From an uncultured bacterium (GTDB lineage Bacteria > Oederibacteriota > PGYV01 > CAWJRG01), in the NCBI GenBank assembly GCA_963845185.1, contig CAWJRG010000011.1:32001-96000 (forward strand): a DNA stretch of 64,000 nucleotides, written 5' to 3'. The notes under the pieces were generated by a model. The model saw only the letters and a list, made by a program, of their open reading frames with translations. It ran no database searches and was not told where the DNA came from. The position numbers and the translations under genes are program-made. Below are positions 50,806-61,548 of the stretch, piece by piece. Numbering within the stretch: the first letter of the stretch is position 1; each line of letters opens with the position of its first letter.

Positions 50806-53778
50806 TTAAAACAGCACGTCCGCCTTGGAATGCTGGCATATTGTTGAAAAAGCGCACTGCGAGCATTCAAAAACGCTGGGCGTGGCATCGAACTCTTCTT
50901 CTTTTATCTTTTCCGCCACCTGGTAAATCTTCTCCTCAAAATTCTTAATCGTGTCAGGCTTTAATTTCTTGCCGGCAAGTATGGAACTTTCCAGGAAATA
51001 CACAGCCACTTCGTCCGGAGCCTTGCCGAAAGCCTTTTGAAATGCAAGGGCGTAAAGCGTCAGCTGCTTTGATATGTCTTCCGAATTCAGCTTTTTCCTG
51101 GCTTTTTCCATGTCTTTTATTTCTGATGTCTTATAATCTATTATTATGCTCCTGCCTTCAATGCAGTCGATCCTGTCCCACCTGCCGCGCACAATGATAT
51201 CGTCGCCCAGTTTAAATTCAAAATCTTTCTCAATGAATTGAGGGATAATGTTGTTTTTACTTTCCTCTTCAAAAAATCTTTTTATGCTTGCCAAACCCGC
51301 CTCAAATCTCCTCTGTTCGTGCTGCCTTGATATAAAGCCTATCGGCTTCCACAGCGATCTGAAAATATCCTCAAGCTCCAAAATCGTTATTTTCCTTTTT
51401 TCCTGCCTTGCCTTGTAAAATTCAGCGGCTACTTTATGCATGGCCAGACCGTAAATGATATTTGGCTGCTCCCTTATCGGGAGCTTAAATAAATGGATTA
51501 ACTTGTATTTATACGGGCATGTAAGGTAATCGTCTATCTGGTAATTGCTCAGGCGCACTATCTTATCTTTTCTTTTAATGACGCTTCTTTCAAATCCTGT
51601 CTTTTCCCTCTCAAAATATTTAAGCCTGTCCTTTTTGTCAATAACTGCAAGGTACTCCTCGTTTTTTTCTACGCCAAGTTCCCTCAGAAAAATGCTGATT
51701 TTCCTCTCGCTCTTTCCCTCGTACTTAAGCGAAGCTGTCAGGTACAACAGATCCTGAGCCCTTGTCATGGCGACGTAAAAAAGCCTGCGCTCTTCCTCCT
51801 GCCTGTACTGCTCCTCGTTAACCATGTCTTTCATAAGCTCCTCGGGCAGTGGAAGCTGAAAATCGCCCCTATTTTTTGACGGAAACTTGTCTTGCACCAG
51901 CCCTATGACAAATACAGCTTTAAACTCAAGGCCTTTTGCTTTGTGCACCGTCGCTATTTGCACAGAATCCTCCAGGACATCGTCCAGTATTTCGTCACGT
52001 GGGTTGTCGCCTGCCTTTTGCCGCAAATCAATATAATTGACAAAATTATAAATGGTGTCGTATTCTTCCATTACAGAAAACTGCTTCAGTATCTCGAAAA
52101 ATTTCGATATGTTGCTTATCTTCAGACCCGCTTCAACGCTGTTTTGTTTCAGCAGGTTCTGGAACACCTTTTTATTTTTCATGTAGTCATATAAAATTTC
52201 ACCGGCTTTCCAACCTTCTTTTATTTTGCCGATATAAAATTCAACGTCTTTTATAAGGCCGTCAACCTTACCTTTTTCTTCTTCGTTTATTTCGAGTTCC
52301 GGATAGTTTTCTGCTTTCTTCATAATGTCAAAAACAGTAGCTGAATAATCCTTTGCCCTGTTTGAGAATTTTGACATTGTATAGGGGTCTATTCCGTAAA
52401 ATTCGGACACGGCAATGTCGCATATAGGGTTGAATTCGTAGGGCATTGCAAGCGTTTTGCAGAAATTAATTAAAAACTGGATTTCCCTCTTATTGTAAAG
52501 CCCCTCGTCGCCGGTAAACTTGAAAGGTATGCCCTTCTTTTCAAGGTCTCTTATAAATATAGCGGCATCATTGTTTGCCCGCACTAGTACCGCAATATCC
52601 TTGAATGAATACAGGCCTTTTTTTACGAGATTTTCTATTTCGGTTGCCGCAAAATCCGCTTCATCCGAGTAGTCGTTGAATATTTTTATTTCAAGGTGTT
52701 TGTCGAAATGGTGCGAAGGTTTGTATTTGGATTCAAGCTTTTTTTCAATGTTTAGTTTTCCTTCTAGCCTATCCGTGTTGTTTTTTACGACTCTATAAGC
52801 ATTGTCAAGTATGGGCTGGACCGAGCGGTAGTTGTCCTGCAATACTATAATTTTTGCGTCCGGGTAATGTTCGGTAAACCCTTTTATATTCGATATCGCG
52901 GCCCCGCGGAACCTATATATCATCTGGTCGTCGTCTCCAACTACGCTTATATTTTGGTATTTATCTGCTATGAGCTTTGTAAGCTCAAACTGGGCGTAAT
53001 TGGTGTCTTGAAACTCGTCTATCAGTATAAACTTAAACCTTTCCTGGTATTTGGCAAGAACGGATTTCTTGTTCTTAAGAAGGTAATAAGGTACTGTTAT
53101 AAGGTCGCCGAAGTCCATGTAATTCTTTTGCGTTTTAAGTTCCTCGTATTTTATGTAGAACTTCGACAGCTCAAGGTGCTTTAAATATATCTCCTTCTGC
53201 TCTTCATCCAGTTCCGCTTCGCCGACTTTTTTTATATATGCTGCGTAATCTTCCGGCGCAATCAGGTTGTCTTTAAGCTTGGATATGAAATCAACAAGTA
53301 TGCCGGCGTAACCCGCCGGGTTGTTTAATGGCCTGTATATGTCAAGCTCGAAATTTTCAAGGTTCTCGACTATGAAGATTATGGAATCGGCTTTCCTTAA
53401 TACCTGCCAGTCCGGCGCGATTTTGAGTTCGGCAAAATTTTCTTCTATAATATCGTGCCCGAATGAATGAAAAGTCGATATGTGGGTTTCAATAAACCCG
53501 TATGGAACAAGCAAATCAACGCGCCTTTCCATTTCTTTGGCTGCCTTCTCTGAAAAAGTAAGCGCCAGTATTTCGTCCGGCCTTGCTGTTTTGCTGTTGA
53601 TGAGATGCGCTATGCGCTCGGTTATGACCCTTGTCTTTCCTGTACCGGCGCCAGCTACAATTAAAAGCGGGCCTTGCCCGTGGTGTATGGCTTCTTCCTG
53701 TTTCTTGTTTTCCTGCATCCCGTACGAGGAAGTTCTTTCCTTGACTATGTTTTCCTTTTTTGGGGTTTTTTTTGCCAT
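50806..53778 (-). CDS. UvrD/PcrA-like SF1 helicase fused to C-terminal PD-(D/E)XK nuclease with four Cys (AdnAB/AddAB-like)
   Basis: AGAGTGKT, LIDEFQDTN, VGDDDQMIYRFRGA, TVHKAKGLEF, EERRLFYVAMTRA; TCPY...GRWDRID...IDYKT...CSQCAFSTIC. Confidence 0.9.
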   Translation of the reverse strand: MAKKTPKKENIVKERTSSYGMQENKKQEEAIHHGQGPLLIVAGAGTGKTRVITERIAHLINSKTARPDEILALTFSEKAAKEMERRVDLLVPYGFIETHISTFHSFGHDIIEENFAELKIAPDWQVLRKADSIIFIVENLENFELDIYRPLNNPAGYAGILVDFISKLKDNLIAPEDYAAYIKKVGEAELDEEQKEIYLKHLELSKFYIKYEELKTQKNYMDFGDLITVPYYLLKNKKSVLAKYQERFKFILIDEFQDTNYAQFELTKLIADKYQNISVVGDDDQMIYRFRGAAISNIKGFTEHYPDAKIIVLQDNYRSVQPILDNAYRVVKNNTDRLEGKLNIEKKLESKYKPSHHFDKHLEIKIFNDYSDEADFAATEIENLVKKGLYSFKDIAVLVRANNDAAIFIRDLEKKGIPFKFTGDEGLYNKREIQFLINFCKTLAMPYEFNPICDIAVSEFYGIDPYTMSKFSNRAKDYSATVFDIMKKAENYPELEINEEEKGKVDGLIKDVEFYIGKIKEGWKAGEILYDYMKNKKVFQNLLKQNSVEAGLKISNISKFFEILKQFSVMEEYDTIYNFVNYIDLRQKAGDNPRDEILDDVLEDSVQIATVHKAKGLEFKAVFVIGLVQDKFPSKNRGDFQLPLPEELMKDMVNEEQYRQEEERRLFYVAMTRAQDLLYLTASLKYEGKSERKISIFLRELGVEKNEEYLAVIDKKDRLKYFEREKTGFERSVIKRKDKIVRLSNYQIDDYLTCPYKYKLIHLFKLPIREQPNIIYGLAMHKVAAEFYKARQEKRKITILELEDIFRSLWKPIGFISRQHEQRRFEAGLASIKRFFEEESKNNIIPQFIEKDFEFKLGDDIIVRGRWDRIDCIEGRSIIIDYKTSEIKDMEKARKKLNSEDISKQLTLYALAFQKAFGKAPDEVAVYFLESSILAGKKLKPDTIKNFEEKIYQVAEKIKEEEFDATPSVFECSQCAFSTICQHSKADVLF

Positions 53779-53910
53779 TTTTCCTTTTCTTTTATGGTAA
53801 AGCTCACAATTTTTATTTCTGATTTTATGGTATTATATCATGGTGCTGTTCATTAACAAAGTATAATTATTTTATTCCCCCGCATTATTCCGTCCGTATA
53901 AAATTTGATT

Positions 53911-54285
53911 TTAATGCTGTTTATTGTCCCCAAGAAAATCTACCATTTCGGCAGTAAGTAATTCCTTGTACAACTTGCCGTATTCTTCCTTTTTTTCCCA
54001 TATTATGGTATCCATAAGTTTCTTTACTTTGTCATCTTCATTGGTCGGTATTTCAAGCTCGGTTAATTCGCCAAGCTTATTCACTTTAACTGCGCCCATT
54101 TTTTCCATTATATCGCCTATAGCTTTCAGGTCCTGTATTGACATTTTCATGTTTTTTGCTATTTTTTGCATATTTAATTTGGTGAATTGTTTATGATGTA
54201 TATAATAACATATGATCGCCAGGCCTTCCCGGGTAGATAATGCTTTTTTTAATTCCTCATAATCCTTATTTTTCTCACTTGCCAT
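53911..54285 (-). CDS. Hypothetical protein, possible winged helix
   Basis: 124 aa; GAGG RBS; HTH-like segment NMQKIAKNMKMSIQDLKAIGDIMEKMGAV. Confidence 0.55.
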   Translation of the reverse strand: MASEKNKDYEELKKALSTREGLAIICYYIHHKQFTKLNMQKIAKNMKMSIQDLKAIGDIMEKMGAVKVNKLGELTELEIPTNEDDKVKKLMDTIIWEKKEEYGKLYKELLTAEMVDFLGDNKQH

Positions 54286-54424
54286 AAAATTCGCCTCTTT
54301 TCAAAGTTCCTATGTCATATGTCCTCCCTGGCTCTAAAGTTTTTACTTCTCTTTTATAATATAATTATAAACTATAAATCCAATTTTGTCAATTTATTTG
54401 TTAAATTATTTGTAAAATATATCG

Positions 54425-55027
54425 TTAATTTTTTGCTTTTTGGCCCAAAAGATAATTGAATAATTCAATGGAATCCGAATGGATTATCATTGAAGAATTT
54501 ATAAGATAAATCAATTTTTCTTTAATGACTTTCAGGACAAATTTATTAAGGGATATTTTTTTGTTCTTAATAAGGTTCCTTGTTTTCTTTGAAGATGCAT
54601 ATTCCCTGCCTAATTCTATGTAGTCCGATACGTAAATTATTTTCGCCAGTGTTGACATGCTTTTTTTGCCTGTTGAATGGTATGTTATTGCCTCAAGTAT
54701 CTCCGTATTATTTATTCCAAAAATATCTTTAGCCATATAAGCCGATACAATGCCATGCCATAACCCCGGTATTTGTTTTGACGAATCATTCATTTTTATA
54801 TTATATTTTTTTATTGAATTTTTTAGCCCCCAAACCGACAAGCCCTTGGCACAATCATGAAAAAATCCGGCGATGACAGCGTTTTTTACAGATACCCCGT
54901 ACTTTTTTGCGAGAAAAGCTGCTGTAATTGCAACCCCAACGCTGTGCAGATAGCGTTCATTTTCAAGCAATACCCTTAATTTCGCCTGGCTGCTTTTTGG
55001 TATATAATCATCCAACTTAAACTTCAT
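54425..55027 (-). CDS. yqeK: HD-domain bis(5'-nucleosyl)-tetraphosphatase YqeK
   Basis: RYLHSVGV, FHDCAK, WHG, AITYHSTG, IYVSDYIE. Confidence 0.85.
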   Translation of the reverse strand: MKFKLDDYIPKSSQAKLRVLLENERYLHSVGVAITAAFLAKKYGVSVKNAVIAGFFHDCAKGLSVWGLKNSIKKYNIKMNDSSKQIPGLWHGIVSAYMAKDIFGINNTEILEAITYHSTGKKSMSTLAKIIYVSDYIELGREYASSKKTRNLIKNKKISLNKFVLKVIKEKLIYLINSSMIIHSDSIELFNYLLGQKAKN

Positions 55028-55043
55028 TTTGCGGCAATGATAG

Positions 55044-55214
55044 CTATTTTGCCCTGGTAAGCAATAATATTATAATAACTGGTATTAAAAAAAGAATGAA
55101 TCTAAACGCCATTTTCTGAATGCGTTTCGACAACCCAAGTGATTTTACTTTATAGTCATGGTAGCTCATGTCGATTTCCTTGCCTTTTAACGGACTCTTT
55201 TTTTTCTTTGGCAT
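55044..55214 (-). CDS. Small 56-aa protein with C-terminal hydrophobic segment
   Basis: Manual translation MPKKKKSPLKGKEIDMSY...FILFLIPVIIILLLTRAK; AGGAGG RBS. Confidence 0.5.
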   Translation of the reverse strand: MPKKKKSPLKGKEIDMSYHDYKVKSLGLSKRIQKMAFRFILFLIPVIIILLLTRAK

Positions 55215-55227
55215 TTTTTCCTCCTGT

Positions 55228-56193
55228 TTATTCTTGTAGTGATGTAAAAATAATGCCTTTCATTATTTGTTTTTGAAAAAGTACAAATAAGACAATTGTC
55301 GGTATCATTGAAATCGTCACTGCCGCCATTACAACATTCCACGGCTGTCCTTCCTCTATAATCTTGTAAATACCAAGCATAAGCGTGTATATCTGCGGTT
55401 CATTGACAACTATTAAAGGCCAGAAAAAGGAATTCCAGATGGTAACAAAATTTAATATGGCTATTACCGCTATAATAGGTTTGGATACGGGTAATATTAT
55501 CCGGAAGAAGATGCCTGTTTCCGAATAACCGTCAACCCTCGCAGCCTCTATAAAATCATCCGGCAATTTGTCAAAAAAACTTTTAAAAATAAAAATATTA
55601 AATGCATTGGCCATCCCGGGTAATATAAGCGCCCAGTATGTATTAACAAGGTTTATCTTGTAAATATAAAATATAGAAAAATCCCTCATAAAAAGGTAAA
55701 GTGGTATTGATATTGTCTCAAAAGGTATCATTATCGTCGAAAGGAACAGCAGCAGTATGGTCTGGTATGCGGGCGGCCTGAGTTTCGACAACGAGTACGC
55801 AGCCATCGCGCTTATCACTATCTGCCCGCCTACAACGCACAGCGCAACGAAGAGGCTGTTTAAAAAATATTTGATGAACGGTGTTATTTCCCACGCTTTT
55901 TTAAAATATGAAAAATCAAGGGTGATATTCTTAAATATATCCCCTATCGGCATAAAAATAAGCTGCATGGGCAACATACTTGAAAGTATCATCCAAAAAA
56001 AAGGTATTGTGGTCAATATCGCGCCTATAATAACGATCGTTCCCCATATATTATATATGGTTCTCACCTTTTTATTCCTCAGTTCAAAACCCGGGAATAT
56101 ATAATTATTATCACCTGTATAATAATGTGTCCTTCGTTTTGCTTTTTTCCTCATCTTGGGTTTTAATTCCTCTTTTTTGCCATCGCCGTCCAT
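55228..56193 (-). CDS. Carbohydrate ABC transporter permease (MalG-like)
   Basis: YFLNSL, AAYSLSK, FIEAARVDG (EAA loop), WNSFFWPL; start MDGDG at 56193. Confidence 0.9.
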   Translation of the reverse strand: MDGDGKKEELKPKMRKKAKRRTHYYTGDNNYIFPGFELRNKKVRTIYNIWGTIVIIGAILTTIPFFWMILSSMLPMQLIFMPIGDIFKNITLDFSYFKKAWEITPFIKYFLNSLFVALCVVGGQIVISAMAAYSLSKLRPPAYQTILLLFLSTIMIPFETISIPLYLFMRDFSIFYIYKINLVNTYWALILPGMANAFNIFIFKSFFDKLPDDFIEAARVDGYSETGIFFRIILPVSKPIIAVIAILNFVTIWNSFFWPLIVVNEPQIYTLMLGIYKIIEEGQPWNVVMAAVTISMIPTIVLFVLFQKQIMKGIIFTSLQE

Positions 56194-56195
56194 TA

Positions 56196-57464
56196 TTAGC
56201 CTCTTTTGCTTGTTATGTTCATTCTTACTACTGTTACGGAAATCAAAATAAAAAGGAAAACAAGGGCCATTGCACAGGCATAACCAATATCCATGTATAA
56301 AAACGCCTTTTTGTAAATGTAGGTTGCGACCATTTCGGAAGCGCCGACCGGCCCGCCATCCGTCATAATATATACTTCGGTAAATACCTGCAGGCTGTTT
56401 ATTATCTGGACAAATACAACCGCGAGTATTATGGGCGCAAGGTTCGGAAGCATAATATCCTTTATTTTCGTCCACACGCTGGCTCCATGCAGCGATGCTT
56501 CCTCGAAAAGGGTCTTTGGCATGTTCTGGAGTCCTGCTATATATATCAGCATCGCCCAACCAATGTTTTTCCATAGGAAAACAATGGCAATTGAAAAAAT
56601 AACTATGTTGGGATTTGTCAGCCAGCCTATGTGCACGTCAAGTGTCGTTATTAACGAGAGGAACGAATTAATCAATCCGTAGCTCTGGCTATAAAGCCAT
56701 TTCCAGAGTATGGCTGCCGGGACTGCAGGAGTTAAGAACGGTATAAAATATAGTATCTTAATTATGCCTGAATTCTTTCTCATTTCATGCACATAAAGCG
56801 CGATAAAAAGCGGCAGCCATGTACCTATTAAAATTACAATTACGGCAAGCTCCGCGGAATGTCCAAATGCTTCCCAAAATCTGGTATCAGAAAATATACC
56901 GGTAAAATTTTCAATCCCTATAAACGTACTTTTATTAAAACTAAAAAATTTGGTGAAACTTATGGCAACAGTTTTTATTATCGGCATCCAGCTAAAAAAA
57001 AGAAATACTAAAAGTGCCGGTATTAAAAGCCCCGTGCCTAAAAAAGTTTTTTTCAATTGATAAAATTTAAGTTTCTTTAAATCCTCCGGCTTTATCTGGG
57101 GAAGCGGCCTTATTTCCCTTTCTTTGGGTTTTACCAGCCTTATAGGCATTCCATAACGCCTAAATCTAAAAGCTTTTCTCAATTTCTCCGAAGTTGTCAA
57201 TGAATCAGGGAGCTGTATTTCCGGCCGCGTCCTTACCTGAGCCAAAGTATCAATGCTTCCGGCAGGTTTTGCGGCGTCCTGCAGAGCGCTTAATTTAATA
57301 ACTGGCTTTTTTATTTTTATAGTGGAGTCTTTATCCGGTAGTTTAAGCTTGATTATAGGCAATGCCACTTCTTCTTTTTTATAATTTGTTATCTCATCGT
57401 CTATTATGCTTTTAATGGCATTTTCCGACAGTTCTGCGCTGCTCTTATCAAACATATCACTCAT
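56196..57464 (-). CDS. Carbohydrate ABC transporter permease (MalF/UgpA-like) with long soluble N-terminus
   Basis: FIGIENF, GLIN, AGLQNMP.TLFEEASLHGA, LQVFTEVYIMTDGGP. Confidence 0.88.
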   Translation of the reverse strand: MSDMFDKSSAELSENAIKSIIDDEITNYKKEEVALPIIKLKLPDKDSTIKIKKPVIKLSALQDAAKPAGSIDTLAQVRTRPEIQLPDSLTTSEKLRKAFRFRRYGMPIRLVKPKEREIRPLPQIKPEDLKKLKFYQLKKTFLGTGLLIPALLVFLFFSWMPIIKTVAISFTKFFSFNKSTFIGIENFTGIFSDTRFWEAFGHSAELAVIVILIGTWLPLFIALYVHEMRKNSGIIKILYFIPFLTPAVPAAILWKWLYSQSYGLINSFLSLITTLDVHIGWLTNPNIVIFSIAIVFLWKNIGWAMLIYIAGLQNMPKTLFEEASLHGASVWTKIKDIMLPNLAPIILAVVFVQIINSLQVFTEVYIMTDGGPVGASEMVATYIYKKAFLYMDIGYACAMALVFLFILISVTVVRMNITSKRG

Positions 57465-58725
57465 TATATTCGCTCCTGATTTTTTCCATAAAATCCCCAA
57501 GTAACTCTTCGTAGTTTACCTGTTTGTTGATGAATACTTTTTCAAGGACATATTTGTTAAAATCCTCCTTGATGGCGAGCCATTTGTAAGAATTTGGCTC
57601 AGTTTGGGCTGAAGCAAGAAGCCCTTTTACTTTTGCAAATTCAGGCATATTTATGAGGTTTGTAGCGCAGGAAAAATCACCCGGGAATATTAGCATCTTT
57701 AATTCTTTCATCCTCACCCATTTCCATAACTGATACGGTGCCCCAAGGACATATTTTATATATTCCCATGCATAACGTTTTTTTTCGGGCGAGGAATCCG
57801 CATTTATTATAAAAGCGTCCCCGCCTGCATGCCAGCCCTTTATTCCTGAATCTCCCTGAGGTAAAGGCACTATTTCAACTTTTGATAAATCCATATCGTA
57901 TCTTCTGTTCATTACCGGAAGCCGGTTTGCCACGCCGAGCATCATGGCTATTTTGCCGGTCGAAAAAAGCTGTTCAATGTCGTAATCATAAAAAATATTT
58001 TGGGGCGGCATAGCGTTATTTACCCATTTTAAATCGTGCCAGAATTTCAAAGCTTTTATAACTTCCGGCGTATTTAAATTAAATTTGCCGGCCTGGTAAA
58101 CATCTCCTCCAGCCTGCCATATAAAATCGATAAAATAAAACAAGTCGGGTTGTATGGCTATTCCCCATGTTTCAGGCATTTTTTGGTGTATTATCTTGCA
58201 GTAGTCGGTAATTTCCTGCCATGTCTCAGGCGGTTTTGACAAACCGCATTTTTCAAATATATCGCGCCTGTAAATTAATGTTGTAAAATAGGAATCATAA
58301 GGTATACCATAAATGTTACCGTCGATATTTACAGCGTTCCACATTATCTGCGGCATATAATCCTTTTGTATCCATTTTTCAGTATAATCGTTTAGTTTGG
58401 ACAAAAATCCGTATTTTGCCATAACAGGTATCGCAGTTATTGGTATGTGTACTATATCGGGCCCTTTTCCGCTGGCCATAACGCTAACAAATTCCTGTGG
58501 TTTATATTCCCTGCTTATGCCTTTTATTTTTACTTTTGGATACACTGTGTTAAAGTTTTCAATGCCCTCATCCCATAGCTGACGCTGCATTTTATCCGCT
58601 TCCGGCGGCATATCCCATACAACAAGCTCTATAATATCGTTTTTATCTTCAGCATAATTGCCGCAGGAAAATATTAATGAAAAAAATATAATAAATATTA
58701 TTATGATATTAATACGACTTTTCAT
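57457..58725 (-). CDS. Sugar ABC transporter substrate-binding lipoprotein
   Basis: Lipobox IFSC, GPDIV, GNIYGIP, PPETWQE, FSTGKIAM. Confidence 0.88.
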   Translation of the reverse strand: MKSRINIIIIFIIFFSLIFSCGNYAEDKNDIIELVVWDMPPEADKMQRQLWDEGIENFNTVYPKVKIKGISREYKPQEFVSVMASGKGPDIVHIPITAIPVMAKYGFLSKLNDYTEKWIQKDYMPQIMWNAVNIDGNIYGIPYDSYFTTLIYRRDIFEKCGLSKPPETWQEITDYCKIIHQKMPETWGIAIQPDLFYFIDFIWQAGGDVYQAGKFNLNTPEVIKALKFWHDLKWVNNAMPPQNIFYDYDIEQLFSTGKIAMMLGVANRLPVMNRRYDMDLSKVEIVPLPQGDSGIKGWHAGGDAFIINADSSPEKKRYAWEYIKYVLGAPYQLWKWVRMKELKMLIFPGDFSCATNLINMPEFAKVKGLLASAQTEPNSYKWLAIKEDFNKYVLEKVFINKQVNYEELLGDFMEKIRSEYNE

Positions 58726-59175
58726 TTTTTCCCTTTACCATTTTAAAAATTTTTTCCACTGCGTCAGAAGGATTATTCATAGCTACAATTCCTTTTATAT
58801 CATAAGTTTTCACGCCAACAACCGGTTTTCCAATCTTCAGCGCAAACGCTATTTCGGATAATGTGCCGTATTTACCGTCAACCGCCACAAATCCGTCTGC
58901 GGTGTTTACTAAAACAATGTTTCTTGCTTCTCCTATGCCACAGGCTATCTTTACATCGACAAACTTATTTGTCCCGGATTTTCTCGACCCGGCAGTATTC
59001 CTATGGTTAACCCGCCTTGCCCTTTAGCACCCTTACATGCCGCTTCCAATACTCCAGACAATCCCCCGCACACAACTATGCCTCCCCTTTCCGCAATTTC
59101 CTGCCCTACTTTATAAGCAGTATTATACAGCTTCTTGCCTACGGAATTCCCTCCAATTACGCCTATATAATACAT
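58709..59175 (-). pseudogene. TIGR00725/LOG-family protein; frameshift near 58980
   Basis: VCGGLSGVLEAACKGA...GILPG, then in another frame NKFVDVKIACGIGEARN...GKYGTLSEIAFALK. Confidence 0.78.
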
Positions 59176-59176
59176 T

Positions 59177-59902
59177 TTATTTTAAGAAACTCATCTTTCC
59201 CCTTGCTGTGCTTGTCCATAATGAATCTTTTTCACCTGACGCAATATCTTCATATATTTTTTTGGCTTTTACGCTTTCATTTACTTTTAAATAAGAATCG
59301 GCTAACTTCATTTCGGCGTCGTAGTAATTATAGTTATTCTTGTATTTGGATATAAAAGTCTCAAAATCTGTTATGGCTTCTTTGTAATTTTGCATTTCAT
59401 AATAAGAATACCCCCTGCCCACCACAGCCTCGCCTACCACTGGGCACCGCGGATATTTATCCACCACGGTAGCGTAATAATCAATCGCTTCCTTATACAT
59501 GCCCCTATCAAAATAAGCGTTCCCAAGCCCTATATAAGCGTAGGGTGCCGCTTTTGTATTTCTGTATGTTTTTATTACCTCCATATAAGTATCTGTTATT
59601 TTTTCGTATTTTTCCTGCTTTGTCTTGAACATACCGTACATGCCGGCCTTTGCATTATCAAGAATGGGAGCATTCATATACATATCAGCGTAAGCAATAA
59701 TCTGCTCGGCTTTTTGTTCCATTGTATTTATATGATTGATATAAACAGGTATTGCAACAAGCACTATTGCCACGACAATTCCAACTATTATTATATTTTC
59801 CATATGTTTTGTAAAATACTGGCCTGTTTGCCCAATCACTTCCTGCAATTCATTTCTTTTTATAAGTTTTCTTACCTCTTTGTGCTTGAAATGTTGTTCC
59901 AT
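59177..59902 (-). CDS. Membrane-anchored TPR protein (YfgM-like)
   Basis: One N-terminal TM segment followed by TPR repeats (AYIGLGNAYFDRGMYKEAIDYY). Confidence 0.75.
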   Translation of the reverse strand: MEQHFKHKEVRKLIKRNELQEVIGQTGQYFTKHMENIIIVGIVVAIVLVAIPVYINHINTMEQKAEQIIAYADMYMNAPILDNAKAGMYGMFKTKQEKYEKITDTYMEVIKTYRNTKAAPYAYIGLGNAYFDRGMYKEAIDYYATVVDKYPRCPVVGEAVVGRGYSYYEMQNYKEAITDFETFISKYKNNYNYYDAEMKLADSYLKVNESVKAKKIYEDIASGEKDSLWTSTARGKMSFLK

Positions 59903-59985
59903 ATCTTCTCTAATCCTCCTGTTTCTATTTTATTAACTTTAATAACATATACATAATAAAATTTGTTGATATTTTAAATATGCAG

Positions 59986-60558
59986 TTATTTCATAAAAAT
60001 CGTCAGCCCTAAATTTATCGTCACAAACGAATCCGTATCTCCCGTACCCCCCGCTAGCGCTACGTTGTTGTATAAGACCTCAAGATTTATCGCTAAATTG
60101 CTGCCAAGCGGATAATTGACTCCGCCTCCCAGTATAAATCCGAATGTATTTTCGGTATTCGCCTGCGAGTTATTAAGGGATGTGAGCTCCGAATATCTAA
60201 CCATGTAAAGCCCAATTCCGCCTTTGATATACGGCCAAAGAAAATAATCCGGCATATAAGGCGCAAAAGCAAATTCAATGTCAAGTACGCTTGCGGAAAA
60301 ACTGGTAGGGGCTGTATTATCTTTATAAGGCATTACGCAATAACTTATTCCGCCGCCAGCTGACGTTTCCATATCAAGGCCTTTCCTTATGGATATGCCG
60401 CCACCATAGGAAACATTAACCGACTGCGCAAATGCGCCCACCGGACAAACAATTCCTCCGTGTATAGTATTTATCCAGTATGTATCGTAATCAATCGCTT
60501 TTGCAGAAAAAGGACACATAAATGCAAACAATAAAACCACGAATAATATTTTTTTCAT
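59986..60558 (-). CDS. Outer-membrane beta-barrel protein (OmpA/OmpW-like)
   Basis: Signal peptide; PYIKGGIG, FGFILGGGVNY, amphipathic final strand. Confidence 0.72.
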   Translation of the reverse strand: MKKILFVVLLFAFMCPFSAKAIDYDTYWINTIHGGIVCPVGAFAQSVNVSYGGGISIRKGLDMETSAGGGISYCVMPYKDNTAPTSFSASVLDIEFAFAPYMPDYFLWPYIKGGIGLYMVRYSELTSLNNSQANTENTFGFILGGGVNYPLGSNLAINLEVLYNNVALAGGTGDTDSFVTINLGLTIFMK

Positions 60559-61221
60559 TTTCTATTACCCCTTTTCGCTTTTTTCATGAGAACGTTTGCG
60601 TTCTCTTTCACCCTCGCTATTTCATTATCGCTCAGCCCCGCATCTTTAAGTACCTCGCGGTATTTTTTCTCATCCGCGAGGTCTTCAGGTGCATGGGCGT
60701 CCGTGTCAAATATCAAATCAGCTCCTGTTTCCTTTGCTATCCTGGCAACATGGCTATTTGTAATATTATGCCCTGAACGGGCTGTAATTTCAAGATAAAC
60801 ATGTTCTTGCTTGGCAAGCGTTGCTTCTTCTGCCGTTATATGTCCTGGGTGGGCAAGTATATCAATTCTGGCCATTATGGCTTCTTTATTTGAACCCGGT
60901 TCTACTGGTTCTATCGGCGTTTCCCCGTGAAAAACCACAATATCCGCTCCAAGTTGTTCTCGCCTTTCGCACCATCGGTTTTATAAATACCAGCGGGATA
61001 TGGGTAAGCTCCACTCCTGTAAAACATATAATATCTTTATATGCCTTTTTCATTTCCTTACAAAACCTCTTTATTCTCGGTATGATAAAATCAATATTTG
61101 AAATATCCGCATGGTCAGTAATTGCTATTGCTTTATATCCTTTTTTTCTTGCACGTTGTATAAGTTCGGATGGAAGTAAGTCTCCGTCAGAAAACAGGCT
61201 ATGCGTGTGAAAATCCATCAT
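60555..61221 (-). pseudogene. PHP-domain protein (histidinol-phosphatase-like); frameshift near 60957
   Basis: DFHTHSLFSDG, AITDHAD, GVELTH, then LGADIVVFHGET, ILAHPG, DTDAH. Confidence 0.8.
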
Positions 61222-61331
61222 AAAAAAACTCCTTTTTTTAAACCTTTCAAGATATGCTCTTCACGTTTCGATCCGACAATTTCTCTTGAAGTTTCTGCAT
61301 TATAAAAACTTCTTTTATGTATTATTAGTCC

Positions 61332-61407
61332 TGGCGCCCCCGACACGAATCGAACGTGCGGCCAAAGGTTTAGGAAACCTCTGCTCTATCCACTGAGCTA
61401 CGGGGGC
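61332..61407 (-). tRNA. tRNA-Arg(CCT)
   Basis: GCCCCCG acceptor stem, TAGCTCAGTGGATAGAGC D arm, anticodon loop TT-CCT-AA, GTTCGATTC T loop, 3' CCA; 76 nt. Confidence 0.95.
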
Positions 61408-61548
61408 TCATATGAATTATTAAGTTATTTTTATATAAGTATGATTATTTATAACAAATTATGCGTATTTTTCAACATAATTTTATATTTATTATAGCAT
61501 AAATTTAAGGTATAATATTTAAAATTGACCTGGAAAGGAAAATGAAAT

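Noticed and set aside
50806..51560. Cas4-like four-Cys nuclease domain suggesting CRISPR-Cas
   Set aside because: It is fused to a UvrD helicase as in AdnAB/AddAB-type repair enzymes, and there are no cas genes or arrays in the window.
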